DNA of 64,000 bases from assembly GCA_030704615.1 (NCBI GenBank), contig CM060732.1, positions 30,380,001-30,444,000 of the forward strand. The letters run 5' to 3'. The notes beneath the pieces are model-generated. The model did not search any database and had not been told where the DNA came from. It saw only the letters and a program-made list of their open reading frames with translations. This stretch comes from Takakia lepidozioides (lineage: Eukaryota; Plantae; Bryophyta). Every line of letters starts with the position of its first letter. The stretch's first letter is position 1. This document shows, piece by piece, positions 12,861-26,700 of this stretch. The position numbers and the translations under genes are program-made.

Positions 12861-14176
12861 GTTTTCCTACACTGACCCAAAGTTGCGATCCACAAAGGGT
12901 CCCCCGAACTGATAGCCCGCAATTCCCGAAAGGGGATCCACCCCAAACAAACTGAGGTGAATAAGGCTAGCACTGACCCAAAGACTGCAGGCGATGCATT
13001 CAACGGATGTAAGAATGACATGCACGGCGAAACTCTCCACCGAACTTCGCAGTTTGCCACACTGAGAGACACCAACCAGAAAAACTGTTTTCAAAGACAA
13101 GAAGCCACAAGAAGCCGTGCTGTATTTGGATGAAAAGCAAACCCTGAACATGACATGAAACCATCCATTATGAAAAGACGGCAACGACCCTGGAGACCAG
13201 TAAACAGGAAACCCCGAATCTAATGAGGTTGTGCTGTGCCAGAAGAGCACAACACAAACACTGACACTCCGGGGGACACCTCGCATGAATGTGTGCAACA
13301 CATCACCATTGCCGACACAAACTTTTATACTGAATGACCGCATTGCGACGGTGACGACGAAATGCAAACCGCTGGGTGGGCAGTACAACATACGTGGATG
13401 CATATGTGAAGCATCACAATTATTGCGAATCTGCAAGTACTGCTCGAAATTGAACTAGCAATAGATTTTTACGGCACTTCGGAATTCGAAAGAATGCAAG
13501 AAGGCTGCCATGTATTGGCAGCCGGCGAAGTACATCTGACATATATCACAAGTACATGCAACGGCATTGGAAGTGCCACCACTTTTTTTTTTGGATAATA
13601 CAAAGACGCAGAAATGGATGAATTCTGTTCGCACACAATGATGACACCCGCATCCAAATACGGTTAACAATGTCCATTTTTTATTTTGGTTACATGCCAA
13701 AGCAACCCTTGTTGCAAACGTCAAACTGGAGAGCTCTACAGGCAGCGTGAGGAGCCCTTGTTTCCAGCGGAGGAGGAAGAGAAGGAAGTCGTTATACTTT
13801 ACGAGCACTAGGGACAGGAATAGAGCCAGACATAGAATGAGGATGGAAAGAGTAGACGAAGAGGAAAAAGAGGAAGAAGAGGGCAAAGAGGAAAGTTTGG
13901 CAATGGAAGAGCCGGATTCTGGAGAAGACAGAACAGCCCGCCATACTTCCGAGAACAGGTGAGGAGGAGACTGCATCCGAGGGAGAATCGGACGCCAAAG
14001 ATGATGTTGATGTTGGACTCACGAAGAAGCAGATAGTGGAAAAGAGGACGGGGGAGATGTTCCAAAACATGCCCGGCGTAGAGAGCAGTCCGAAGCGCAA
14101 AGGGTCTCTGGCGATTGGGGAGTCTTCTAGAGAAGCTAAAAAAAAGGTACAAGTGATGTCCACACCTATTTGGAAG

Positions 14177-14334
14177 CTCAAATAGAGTGCGGCAACGCAC
14201 ACTGTTTGAGACCCTGTCTTTGTGCTTCATTTTTGATGTGAAAATCGGTCAAGTTGGGCCTGTTTGTCTGGTTCAATCCACCACTGATTGGAATCTCAAA
14301 TAGTGTGCGGCAACGCACACAATTTGAGACCGTG
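14177..14334. repeat. Two copies of a ~35-bp hairpin (GCAA loop), candidate transposon terminus
   Basis: CTCAAATAGAGTGCG-GCAA-CGCACACTGTTTGAG (14177-14210) and TCTCAAATAGTGTGCG-GCAA-CGCACACAATTTGAGA (14294-14329). Confidence 0.7.
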
Positions 14335-14904
14335 AGGGCGCTCTCGGCATGAGAGGGAAGTGGGTCCCCTGCAAGCATCGATATTACATATACCTTGTAA
14401 TTATGTGCTGCGATGGTAAGAGAGACCAATTCATTCACCAAGCCACACTAGGCTACGGAGAAGTCATCACCCTTCTGCAGCAGGACACCTCACGTAGGGC
14501 TCCGCCAGATTCTCTTTGAACACATACGAGCCATGCCCACTTCCCATGCTGGTTTCCAGGTTATCGTGTGAAAACTTTACATTTAGGACAAACACATACA
14601 TTTCGTTCACGGAACCAGGGCAAATGCACATGCCATTCATTGTAAGCGTCTATCTGTGAATTGAAATAAAGTGTGTCAATCATTTTGAGCTCAAATCTGC
14701 CATATTTTCATATTCCTCTTTTGTGCAGGCATTGCAGACATGGTGCATGGTGGCCCCCTTTGTTTTGTCCATGGTAATAGGCCCTCTTCCTGCAATCCTC
14801 GCCTACAGGACCTACTTCTTCAGCAGATTTGTGCCGCTCACGCTTCCCTGAAGCTTGAGCTCAGCTCACGCTTTGCTGCTACAACGTGAGCTCGGCTCCC
14901 AGGC

Positions 14905-17900
14905 TCACGGGGCTGGGCTCACGCCGTAGCTACGCTGATCTGGAATGACTTGAAGGACCGGCAAAATTCTATTGACTAGCTTCCAAAGAAATCTCGAGAT
15001 TTTGGCCTGTCTGTCCTTTCTCCAAACATCCTTCCAGATGTGTTGCCAATTTAGGGGTAGAGTGGGTAGATGTCCCCACTTGGCATTCCATTTGGCCTCA
15101 AAAGTAACCGAAGGTCTTAATAAAGAGTAGCCTAGCTTGACTTTGTATCCCAGAAAAGGATCATGCTTTTTAGACATCCAGTTCCATTCTGCTGGGTCGA
15201 ATTGCATATGCAAAGGGGCAGTAAGAAACCAGTTGAAGGATCCAAAATAATGTTGCATATTCAAAGGAGGAATTGGATCGCATTTCCCATAGTCTTTGCA
15301 GTAAACTCTAATGGCGTACATATCCGATTCTAGCAAGTGAGACCACACTGGGGAAGTCACGGTACCATCAGATTGAACTTGAAATTTCCATCCAAAGATC
15401 AGATTCCCTATTCTGTGGATTGCATAAAGGGCATACTTAGAAGCAATGCCACTGTCCCCCCCCAGCCAAACTGGCAGAGCCCTAATCTTGGAAGGAAAAG
15501 AACAAAGCGAAATCCACAATTTAGGAATGTTATTGACAATCTGATCCCAGCATGCAGCCTTCCTAGGTGAAAGATTGCTGGTGGCTGTGGCTCTGGGTAG
15601 AATCGACCCTGATTCCCAAATGCGGAGGAAGCTGACAATCCCTACCTTCTCCCAGGATGCCCATTTTTTAGAGCGGGTAATTAAGGAGTCAGAGTCAGCA
15701 TTGAGATTTCCAAATATAGGCTGCCTCATGGCTTCTTCCCTTGTCTTAGGGGTGGACTGGAAAAGATTGGGCCTCATTTTAATTCAGGCAGCCTAGATGG
15801 ACTGCCACGCCTTTGAACCGAAGGAGAAGGCACAGGAGGATCGGTTACCATGGGTTATCCATCTCAATGACTCTGGCCAGGATGCCGCTAGAGGCCCCGA
15901 GTCTAGAATATGACATTTGACAACAAGGCTCCACGGAGATGAAAGATGAGTCAAAACCCTAGGCACCCATTTGGCCAATAAGGCAAGGATTTGAGATTGA
16001 GGGTCCAAAACCCCCAAGCCCCCGTTTTTTTCTTTTTTTCTTTTGAGAGATCTGGGCCTAGCTTACCAAGCTTCTTCTGTTTGGCATAGCCGGGGTAGCC
16101 CCCCATATGAAGTTGTGAGTCATGGTTTTAATCTGCGAGATAATCTTGGAGCTAGGGGACCAGACAGCCAAGGAAAACCATGAGGAAGATTGGATTACTT
16201 GATTAGCAACCAGAGCCCGCCCAGCTATAGACAAATGAATGGAGCACCAATGGCCCATTTTCTTCCTGATTTTGGCCAGAACCGCCTCGCATCTCTGCAG
16301 ATCTGTGAGGTCATGACCCACTAGGTGCCCCAAAAGATTATGGGCTTCTCCATTTTGAAGCCAACGAAGACCCAGATCCTCCCCTCAAGGCGCGATATGC
16401 GATGCCCCCGCTTGGATGGAAAGCTTGGAGAGAATAGCTACTGTCTTGGACCAATTTATCCGTAACCTTGATGCAAGGCAGAAGGTCTTTAGAGCCAGAA
16501 GGATGGCTGAGACGTTCGCTTGCGTAGAGTTGTCAATAAATAAGACAGTGTCATCAGCGTATAAGGAGTTCTTGACTGAGGCAGGAGAGGCTAAAGATCT
16601 TGGGATTTTTAACCCTTGCAAGGAGGTATTGGCAGCATGCAAGTGACCGAGGGCATCCGCTGCGATGAGAAAGAGGAAGGGGGATAAAGGGCACCCTTGC
16701 CTTACTGACCTGTGTAATTGAAAGGATTTGGATAGAACTCCATTGACTTGAACTTTACTAGAGGCTGAGAAGAGAAGGATTTTTATCCAAGACACGAAAT
16801 TCCCTTCGAATCCTAGCTTCTGAATGATCCCTAGGAGAAGAGCCCAATCAACATTGTCGAAGGCCTTTTCGAAGTCCAACATTAGCACCGCTAGAGGCTG
16901 GTCCGAATGATGGGCCAAATGAAGAGCTTCTATCGCCAAAAGAACATTGTCTATGATCATTCTATTTTGGATAAACCTAGTCTGCTCTGGACGCACCAGC
17001 CTGGGCAAAAAGAGCTGAAGCCTCATGGCGAGAGCCTTGGCTATGATCTTGTAAGAAGAATTAAGCAACATAATGGGCCTGTAGTTGGTAATCAAGTCAC
17101 GATCCCCTTTAATTACCCCTTGAGATAGTTGGGAAGGCATAATGCCCTTGGCCTGCACGTCATTGGCCATATGAAGGAATTCTTCCGAGACTGCAGACCA
17201 GAGGTGTCTGAAGAATTCAACCGGAAGGCCGTCCAATCCTGGGGATTTGAGAGAAGCCACATTTTCCAAAGCCAGCATGAGCTCCATTTCTGAGAAGGGA
17301 CCATTAAGCTTGGCATTGTCCTGGGGAGTGAGAATAGAGGGGACAAAGTCCAGAACTGCACTTCTGCTGATGAGGGAATTCTCAGAGGCTGGAGGACGAG
17401 CAAAGAGATTTGAGAAATACTGTGGTGCCACCCCAGCCATTGCCTTTGGATTAACATGAAGCTCGTTGGATTGCTCTCGCAATGAGGAAATAGATGTAGA
17501 AGCCTGACGCTGCCTGGATTTATGGAAAAAATAGGCCGACATTTTTTCACCTTTTAGAGACTAGTTTATACCAGCTTTCCTACGGATATTGTCTTCTTTG
17601 ATTGCACGCAGCTCTGCCAAGTTTTGTTTCGCCGTAGTGAGAGATTGATGGGTCAAGGGCCCCACCAAACTAGACTCTATCAGCCATTGACAGTGAGAGA
17701 TGCTTTTGATTAGGGCCTTTCCCTTACAATCCCTATCCATGGCTGCTTGAGCTGCCTTCCTTGTGCCAGCCAGCTTATGAAGAAATCTAACGGATGGAGA
17801 AGTGAATTGGTTACCCGCATCTTTCCATATTGCAGCAAGCTGCTAAATCACTTCTGGGGATCGAAGGAGACTCGGATTCAATTTAAAGAAACCACTTCCT

Positions 17901-18663
17901 CTTTGATGGATCCCTGGGGGAGTAAGCTTGAGAGACAAGAGAGCATGGTCAAAATCTGGCAATATGGGGGGGAGAGGATCCTGTTTAATCCAAGAGGCAG
18001 CCAGCGGAGAGCAGTAAGACCTATCCAATCTAGCCATAGACAAGTCCGGGGGGGCTCTATTGTTACTCCAAGTGAATATGAGAGAGGAACTAGTTGGGAT
18101 GAAGCGATCTGAGAGACCTGAAAAGGTAAGCTTGTCCCAGGCTGACTGCTCTTCCAGAGAAAGCGATTGCGAAGAGGAGCCCAGCCTGTCCACCATGCAT
18201 TCCACCATGTTGAAATCACCAACTAAAATCCAGTTGGTCACCGGGAAGTTGCTTAATATCCTAGCATGGATGTCTAACCATAATTGGGAGCGGTCAGAGG
18301 CAGAATTAGGAGCGTAAAATATTTATAAAGGCTGTAGAAGGAAATATAAAATCTTGAGAGGTGAAGGCACATTGTACTCTGCCCAAAATCCAAGACTCCA
18401 CCTTGATAAATTCTGACAATAAGGAAGGGGCAATCAATATGGCCGTGCCTCCTCTGGAGTCTATCACGGTGGGATTCCACCAAGACGAGGCTGCCGGCCA
18501 AATTGAAGGCCCAAGCGATGCAATCTTCCTTGCATCCAACTTATGCTCCTGAAGGAAAATGATAGAATTAGAAGAGAGATAATTGCCTAATCCTAGATCT
18601 CTTGGGGACGGACGCCTCTGATCCGATACCCCTAATATTCCAAGAATGCAGGTCCCAACTCAT
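14905..18663 (-). pseudogene. L1 ORF2 (AP endonuclease + reverse transcriptase)
   Basis: ATG at 18663 'MSWDLHSWNIRG', then 'FLQEHK', 'ILVGDFN', 'ARLDR', 'KSPGLDG', 'LDFEKAFD', 'RQGCPLSP', 'LYADD', 'SRFLWKLV'. Multiple frameshifts. Confidence 0.9.
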
Positions 18664-19450
18664 GTAGGAAGCACTTTGAAGCCTGTGAGCCTGTCACGAT
18701 TTGATGGCTGATGATGGGTGACCTCAAACTGTAAACCTAGATTTGGGGAGAGCTTCGAAGGTATCCAAGCAAAGCCCGGGGGGGCTGGGACTTCCGGAGA
18801 ACCCACAAACTAGATCGTGACTTTCACTGTCTCTGCTCCTGGATCGGACGAGGGGTTGGCTACAACTTTAATTGAAGAGCTTTTAAAGAGCGATTGCAAA
18901 GATACGTTGAGGAAACGCGAGATGAATCCCAAAGCCCTAAGATGCTGTACAGAAGCGAGGGAATTTAAGAGCTGGAAGAATCACCTCCGGAGCAGACTCT
19001 ACAGAAAGAACCCAACCATAAGAAGAAGAGCAGCCTTCTAGGAAAATAAACCAAGGCATAAGAAGAAAGCCAGAGCTCACCGCTGGGGGGGACGGGATAG
19101 CAAGATCCAAGGGAGCCAAGCAGAAGGAAGTATTGTCTGCATCTGGAATAGGGACTATAGCCAGGTCATCCGACGGGGCCGATTTTTCGCTATTGCGAGT
19201 GTATTTCTGCGATGAGCGGAAAGCCTCCACCAGGGCTCTGCCCGCTTCATAGGTTGCCTCTAGAAAGGGCCTGCCTGATGCACTTCCGAGCTCCAGAGGA
19301 ACCGAGCTTCCATATATCCACTTTTGTGCCACCTCTCCTGGCTGCAAGTTGGACACATCAGAGAACCTTAGAAGAGGTAGAACTTGCACGAAAAACAGTT
19401 TCTTATTGGAATCTGATTGGTGAATCCTTGAGCCAAAATAAACAGCAGAC

Positions 19451-20857
19451 TCAGATGAAAGGATAAACAGTGGAAGAGAGGAAGCAAAGATCTCGAATCT
19501 TGCTAAGAATTAGCTCAAGCTCCGTCCCCGGGGTCACTGAGAGAGCATCCTTCTTCGTGATCCATGCCGAGGCAATTTTGTTTATTCCTGAGAGCAGAAT
19601 GGACGGGGATCCTTCAGGGAACCCAAAAATGATTGGGAAGATTTTAATGGCCACCGACTGTCCTCCCACAAGGTGTGAAGCGTCGTGTAATTCCACGCCC
19701 GCGAAAGACTTGAGCTGGAGGCAGTAGGCAGCCAGACTCTGACTTCCACCCGGCGAGGTGATGGGGAACAAAGCTGGAATGTCATCCGAGAGGATTTGCG
19801 CACCCTGTGAGGGAGAAGACAGCAGATAGACCCTTGGGCTTATCGAAGCCGGGGAGAGATCCAGACGGGTTCTCTTTGCCGTTGGAGGCACCGGGGGAGT
19901 CATCTCTGATCTCTTGAGGGAAAGACCCACAACGGGGCCCTAGGAAGTGCCCATCCCCACATTATCCAGAGAGGAGACCACATTCGCTTTTGATCTCAGA
20001 AGGACCGGGCATTCTGCCTTGACATGGCCTTCTACATTACAATGGAAACATAAGACATTAATAATCACCTCTTGAACAGATACAGAGACAAACGAATTGT
20101 CTAGAGTGGGAAGCTTTAAAGAAGAGACTATAGCTTCCGATTCCGGCATTAACACCACCAGATGAAGCACACCCCCGTCTCTGTGGGCCTCGTAAGATGC
20201 CAGGTCGTTGTCGATGCTTTGGGCATCTATCTCAATCTGCTCAAAGACATTCATTACTCCTATGAAAGCGCCAAAGTGCACCCCAATCTCCGGGAGAGAG
20301 CGAAGATAATTCCCTGGAAGAAAGGGCAAAGCCAACATTCTGGGCTTGCATGTTACCCCTCATTTATGGCCCCGTTCAGGCGACCAAGGGAATATATAAA
20401 CCTTGCACTTGGAGAGGGAGACGTTAAATCTCAAGGCTTTCTCCACCTGATCGTGAGAGCTGAACATTAGAGAGAAGAACCCTCTACCCAAGACCACACA
20501 AAAATGTGAGGTAAGGCCTCCTCCCACTCCCAGGTTTTCATATGCCCATTTCCTTACAAAGGCTCTGTCTCGAACTCTTCCAGGGAAGTAGAGAAGAATC
20601 CCTTGCTTAGACATCATCTGCGATTGCTCTTTTATGATGCCCATGTTCAACTGCAGAATGGGTTGAGATTCATCGACGAGGGCTGCCACCTCACTCCATT
20701 GGGTTGGCGGTCTAGGCGGGGAAAAATGAGGCCTTGGGCCCATTCCGAGCAGGCCTGGCCCGGGCGCAGGTCTTCTCCCCGGGTGCCTGCCCCTTTCCTG
20801 TCTCCTGTTATCCCTCCTAGGGCCAAATCCATGGGCATCAGCCTGAACGTAGGCCAT
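19451..20857 (-). pseudogene. L1 ORF1 (DUF4283-like region + zinc knuckle)
   Basis: 'LGRGFFSLMF', 'FPWSP', 'CFHCNVEGHVKAEC' in ORFs 20360-21058 and 19940-20338. Confidence 0.75.
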
Positions 20858-22500
20858 AGATACTTGGGTTCGGTGAGAACGGCACCACAGAAGAAGGAGC
20901 ATCAGCACTAAGGAAAACCTTCCAAGCTGCGAAAACGCCGAAAAAGTCAGGAGAGCAAAGAGGAGAGAAAAGAGAGAGAAGCAATGCAAGTAAGGTGCCA
21001 GACAGTTACATCCGAGAGCCCATCCAGAGACAGTGGCGCGAAACTCCGTCGTAGGCATTAATCTTAGTTGCAGAGAAGAATGAATAGCGCCGCAAATGCA
21101 TCACATGTCGAGCGCTTGAGATGAGAACACCCTGCAGAGCACGCCTTCATCAAGAGGTGGCAGAGGTAGGAAGGAATGGCTAGTGAGAGAAGGAACAGCA
21201 TGCTGAGCACGCAATCATCCGGAAGTAGGCCTAGCCATGGCCTCTCCTTTCTATTTTAAGAGGTCGATGAAGAAAGCCCAATGAGACTGCCCAGAAGGCG
21301 GAGGGCGATGGAGAAACGTAGGAAAAACCTAAGAGGGGATGAAGGGAAGGACCGCAAGTCTGAGAGAAGATAGAAGAAGGCCTAGCCTTGAAACGGCTAA
21401 GTCCTTGTTCCTCTCACCGCAAAACGCGGAGCCCAACATCCTAGCTCAATCATATCTTTTTAAGATTTTCAGATACAATCAATTTATATGCTCACATTAA
21501 TTTATACATATGAGCATTTGTTTTTGTATTTTGTTTGGTTTGGAGTTTGGTTCGGGATTAGGTTCGGCATCATGTAGCTTTCCAGCGAACCACTCATTAC
21601 ACTATGTATGTGTGGTTTGTCGGAGAATCAAGCCCCTTCCGAACCTAAATCGAACCTATATATGAAGCCATATTATTGGTGCAAAACATATGAACATCAT
21701 CGAACCTATAGGTCTCATTAGATTCTCATATCCCAACCTAAAATTTTTTGGCCGCTCACCTGCTCACTGCTCACCACCACTCATTCCCCCATTCTCAGGA
21801 ATACCTACTCATCTCCATCTCACAACTGTGGACCCTTGTGAATTTGGAAAACAAGCAGCCCTAACTTACCTAACAAAATAAGAAACATTTCAGGCATTTT
21901 GTGAAGAACACGCTCCAGAGCACAACTCAGGGCAGTCTCTGTATTATAAGTATTAGTTTGATATGTGATGAAACCCTGTAAGACTTCATTTAGTTTGATA
22001 AGTACTCGATATGAGTAGATTACCTTCTGGACTGCCCGCTCCAATGCTGAAGGTGTGTCGAGCGCAATAGAACATGACCAGTCCCACGAGGAGGCCTATA
22101 CCAAATAACCCGGAAGAAATCTGAAACAACTGCCAAAAACCTCGTGTAGACCAAGGTGTTCTTTCTTGCGTGATGAGAGCTACTTAGATTCAGGGTACGC
22201 TCTCCTCTTACACTCTTCATTTCCTGCTTGCAACCACATGAGCTCAAATCCGTCGCGGAAGAAGGAGTATCCAGACGCTTAGGGTGGAGCAGTAGCTCCG
22301 CACTCTTGTTTTTTCTAAGTTCTTGGATGGGTGGCGAGCCAATAATCCAGTTTCGCCACCCTGTTGGTAGTATCGCGGGAAGCAGGACTGGTTTCGCCAA
22401 TGCTTGCCGTCGCTTGCGGTGAATATCGCCAGGCCCACCCTCTTTTCTCACGAGAGAGAGAGCGACAGAGAGAGAGAGAGAGAGGGGTGGAGAGGCGGCG

Positions 22501-25500
22501 ATGGCGGGTGCGCTGAGGCAATCGTTGGGCGCTTTGCTTGCGCGTTCGGGTAGAGATTCACTGTATGCTAAGCCTTCTTCAGTTTCGAAGCGCTTCTTTG
22601 CCTCAGCGCACGAGCATGATGATGCGGGTAAGTTCCAGTCCCTTCGGAGAGTGAGACTCAATGTGTAGCTTGTCGGGGAAGATTTTATCTCTGTATTTTA
22701 TCTCATGCAGAGGCTGGTCTCGATTGGGATTTGGAACGCGGTATGATCTGAAGCCTTGTAATGTCTTATGGTCCGGGTTTAGAGGAAGCAACCCTAGTTT
22801 GGGGCTGACCTTTGAATGTGGCATGGTTAAAGGTCTTTTCGGATGGAAATTCTCTCGCATGTCAGTATTGAATCACTACTTCAACCCATAGTGGTGCAGA
22901 TCGAGCATCTCTTCTTCGATGTGTAGAGGTTGGCTACGGATCTTGAACCCTCTGCCCCGGAGGGGTGCTTGGGTAGACGATGACGATGGATCTGATTATG
23001 GCGGTGATGATAAACTCACGAAGCTTGGTTCGCCATATGTCTGGAGGGAGAAATAAGTAGCATTAGAATGTGTTCTAAGATGTGTAGAAGTTGTAATTCA
23101 CAGCCTGCAACCATCACTTTCGGTTATGATGACAGGCTCGAAATCCACCAGGATGTGAAATTCTGCCCCGAGTTGTCGTGAAGGTGTGAGCACGGCTGAC
23201 AATGGCAATCACAGGGGATTGGGTATTGATTTGACGATGAGAGATGGATCTGCATGCATTGCTGAAGTTACCAAATTCCTGCCACGGTGGGGGTGGGGAT
23301 CATTCACTGATCTTGAACTAAGAAGTAATCTCAAGTTGCACAAAACTCTACCTCTCCCACCACTCCCATTTTGAGCTCCACAAGCCTTGGACGTATGATA
23401 TGGACATGCCTCGGGTGGTTGCAGAGGAGACGTTTAAGTGGCGAAACATCACAGTGGCTGCTTACATAGCTTGCATTGGTATGGCGTTTTACACTTTCTC
23501 TGGAGAGGAGCACCATGAACCTGCTGAAAGACAGGTAACTCCTTTATTCTGGGGTGAAGGAGAGAGGAAGAGTGACAGTTTATTTGGATGCCAGAAGCTG
23601 GCAATCCTGGCCTAGAACGTAAGACCAAACTCTTAGTATCATGAAATGCTGCACTAGTGGAACTTCTCAATTTGATCTTGGAGACTTTTGGTTCCACCCC
23701 AGGTATCCAGAACCCAGGAGGGATGCATCTTCTGGGATTGTTGTGGGCATCACCAACTAAGCAAAAGGAAGCATTTTGATGCTTGTCAGATTGTTCCATG
23801 TTCATTTGAAAAGCAGTTGTGCTGCATGAGAAATACATGCTATTTTTGTGGCCACGTTCCCAGATAAGACACATGGGTTCCCTTTAACCCAGCTATGGTA
23901 ACTTTACAGAGGTAGCCAGCCTACTCTCAGCTTGGAACTTCAGCCTAATCACCAGCGCCTTTTAGTTAGTCCTTTTGAGTCTGACTTGTTCATCAGAAGG
24001 CTGAGAACAGTCTCTTTTTTTTTTTTCTTTTTTTTTTTGGTTGTTTTTTGTTTTTGAGAACAGGGTTTATTGCCCTGATTAATTTTATTCATAAGACTTA
24101 TTAGAGGGAAAAAAATTAAAACCCTCGGGAAAACCATGAGGCACACACACCGATGTCAGTGAATGGCGAACCATACTACTCCCTGCGGAGTAATTCCAAG
24201 TCAAAGTATAGATGGATGAGCCCTTCTACCCTTCTATTACTGCAGTCTTCACATTACACTTGTGCACCAGGCTTCAGATTGTTATTTTATATTCATTTTC
24301 GGCCTTAACTTTCTTCAACAACTTCTCCATGGCATGGGAGAGAGCCATGTGCAGATGCAGCTGTCTAGCAGCAGTTGACTCCGCTGCATATAAACCTACC
24401 TTGTGGGGACAATCATCAGTCGGTAACTGCCAAGGATGTCCCATCTGTGTGCTTGAGCTTTATTATAGCTGGCCTCAAAAGGTTAATGTGGCATTGATTA
24501 GTGGGTGGAGGTAGTGGTGAAGATTCCACCAGAGGGATTTGTGAAGTCCAGAAGTGCAGGAAGGGATAGGGATCACAGACAAAATATGCAAATGCTGTTG
24601 AAGATAGGAGCTCAAACACACAGAAGGACCAGCACCCTATATATGAGGAAGGATTGAAAGTGACTAAAAAATTGGTCGTCAAGCTCAGTTTTTGGATCAC
24701 TACCCAAACATGTGGCAGAGTGACTATGGCACTCTGGCTAGAGTCTAGGTGGAACTGACTTCAGAACATGCACAGGTCTAGGAGCATGCTACACCGGGTG
24801 GGGCCTGGTGCATGCCCTCTTCCAACTTTTAATGGTGGACTTTCTGGTCATACTATAAATGACCATTAAAAATTCCCAAGCATGAGCTCTAACGGGATCA
24901 TTCGGGTGTCTTAGCTTTGGCTGGTGTCCTTTTTCTCTCCCTTTCTGCTGGTGGTTGCTAGGATGTTTGCTGACTAAAGAACCTTGTTGGTTTGGCAGGG
25001 TTACTCCTACTTGCACATCCGGAACAAGGAATTTCCCTGGGGTACGTCCTTCCTGTCTTGTGCTGCCACTCTCACTCTCTTTAACGCTGTTTTTCATCAG
25101 TGTCACAGCCACGCGTTGAATGCGAGAGGGGTGTTACAATTAACTCTTGCTTTCTCGTATTATTTCAAGCCCAGCCCATAAATGAATACTCCGTTCTGTA
25201 ATTGGAGTGTGGATTGTGCGTGAGTGCTCTAGCAGTTTTTAGTCTGAATCTCATTTGCCCTGGTTGGCTAAAGTCCCACTATAGATTCTGCGTGGGCTAG
25301 TATTCTGGGGAGTAGGCCCTCTAGGTTCTCCATACTTTTGTGTCTCCCTATGCCCCCCTCCCCCTTCCCCTGGGTTTTTCTTTTTTAGCTGCTCTTGTAG
25401 GGCTTTACATGCCTTGTAGATGGCTTGTGTAAATGCTTTTGTATTTTGAGGCAATTGTCAAATGACCAGAAGCTAAACAGGATCCAACCTGCATTTATGT

Positions 25501-25545
25501 GTTTCAGGGCCAAACGGACTATTCGAATACGATCATGACCACTAG
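22501..25545 (+). CDS. COX6A: Cytochrome c oxidase subunit 6a, mitochondrial; exons 22501-22627, 23425-23534, 24999-25041, 25508-25545
   Basis: GT-AG introns in consistent phase give MAGALRQ...HEHDDAEETFKWRNITVAAYIACIGMAFYTFS...GYSYLHIRNKEFPWGPNGLFEYDHDH*. 'YLHIRNKEFPWG..GLFE' is the COX6a signature. Confidence 0.95.
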
Positions 25546-25814
25546 GGGCCCCAAAATTGGGTTTTGTTAACAGTCAAGGACCAGCTTTGTTTAGACATGG
25601 AATTCAGCCATATAGAATAACAGGTGTGCACATTTGGGTGTATTGAACTGGCAGTGCGCCTTATGTGGATGGCAAATTGTGAGGGCTTGGTAATTCTTTT
25701 GAGTGTGCAGGGACAAAATTCTACGTCCATATCTGTTATCACTAGAGACTTTGCTCATAGGCCTTGTGGAAATTTTCTCTTTATATTTCTCTCTTTTCAC
25801 GCCCCCACCATCTG

Positions 25815-26700
25815 ACCTTGAATTCAAGGTCAGATGGTGGGATCAGCTGCAACGGATGACTAATACCGGATATCCTCAGTTAATCGACTCCATACCTTAG
25901 AAGCAGGTTCGCCTGTCAAACAGGCTTTAAGTCCTGGCGGAGGAGGGTACAAGAGATTTTCAAGGAACTGAATTTAAGTCTGCAAGTCTTGACCCTGCTG
26001 GATAAATCTGACTTAGAGGCTGTGGTGTCCAAAGCCATGTCTGTTGCCAGGAAATTGTTGTTTGGCAGAAACTTTCCCTGAACTTGTTTCCAGTCTGTGA
26101 CATGGGTGAAGCCATCATGGATGACCTCATGGGTCTACCCACACTCGGCACTTGAAAATAAAATAAAATAAAAATAAAATAAAATAAAAAAATGACGCCT
26201 CCCCAAGGGAGCGTAACTTATGGTGTCACTTGACCCTGAAGGGCTACTGCCTTCCAGCAGGAAGGTGGACACCTTCATGACACACCAGATGGTGGTTTGA
26301 ACCCACAACCACATCCAACCACTGGGCTACATGCTGGTTGTCCTCGGCACTAGACTGAAATGAAATTTAAACTCAGGGCGGGAAGCCTACCTTTGAACAG
26401 CAAACAGACACAAGGGAAAGGGGATTTGCAAATGCCCGTTGTGTGGGCAACCTGAGGACAATACCCACTTCCTGATTCATTGTCAGAGGTACTAGACCCT
26501 CTTCAAATCCATCAAGGGAGTTGGTCGTGTACCTCTGTTACCAACTTCAAAAGTCTTGAGGCTGAGCCAAAACCTCAGGCCCTTTTGGGGTCTTGTTATT
26601 GGGCAAATCACTCAGAGCAGTTTGATGGCTGTGTGAAGGGGTATCTGGAAAACTCAGATCAATTGTTTGTTTCAAGGTAAGTCATTTTTGAATTGCATAA
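25815..26700 (+). mobile_element. Ancient LINE 3' remnant, same family as the copies at 61.6-63.4 kb
   Basis: Shares blocks such as AAAACTTCCCTGAACTTGTTTCC, GGAAGCCTACCTTTGAACAGCAAACAG and CTTGAGGCTGAGCC with 62620-63440. Confidence 0.65.
26153..26342 (-). mobile_element. tRNA-derived SINE with (TTTTA)n tail and 9-bp TSD
   Basis: On -: A box TAGCCCAGTGG, B box GGTTCAAACC, tail at 26155-26191. TSD CTCGGCACT at 26144-26152 and 26343-26351. An uninterrupted paralogous site is present at ~62855. Confidence 0.8.

Larger units (their letters stand above)
14905..21450 (-). mobile_element. L1-clade LINE, degenerate, 3' end missing, 5' boundary approximate
   Basis: ORF1 with a CCHC knuckle followed by ORF2 with APE, RT and zf-RVT-like regions. 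No poly-A tail or TSD seen. Confidence 0.88.
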
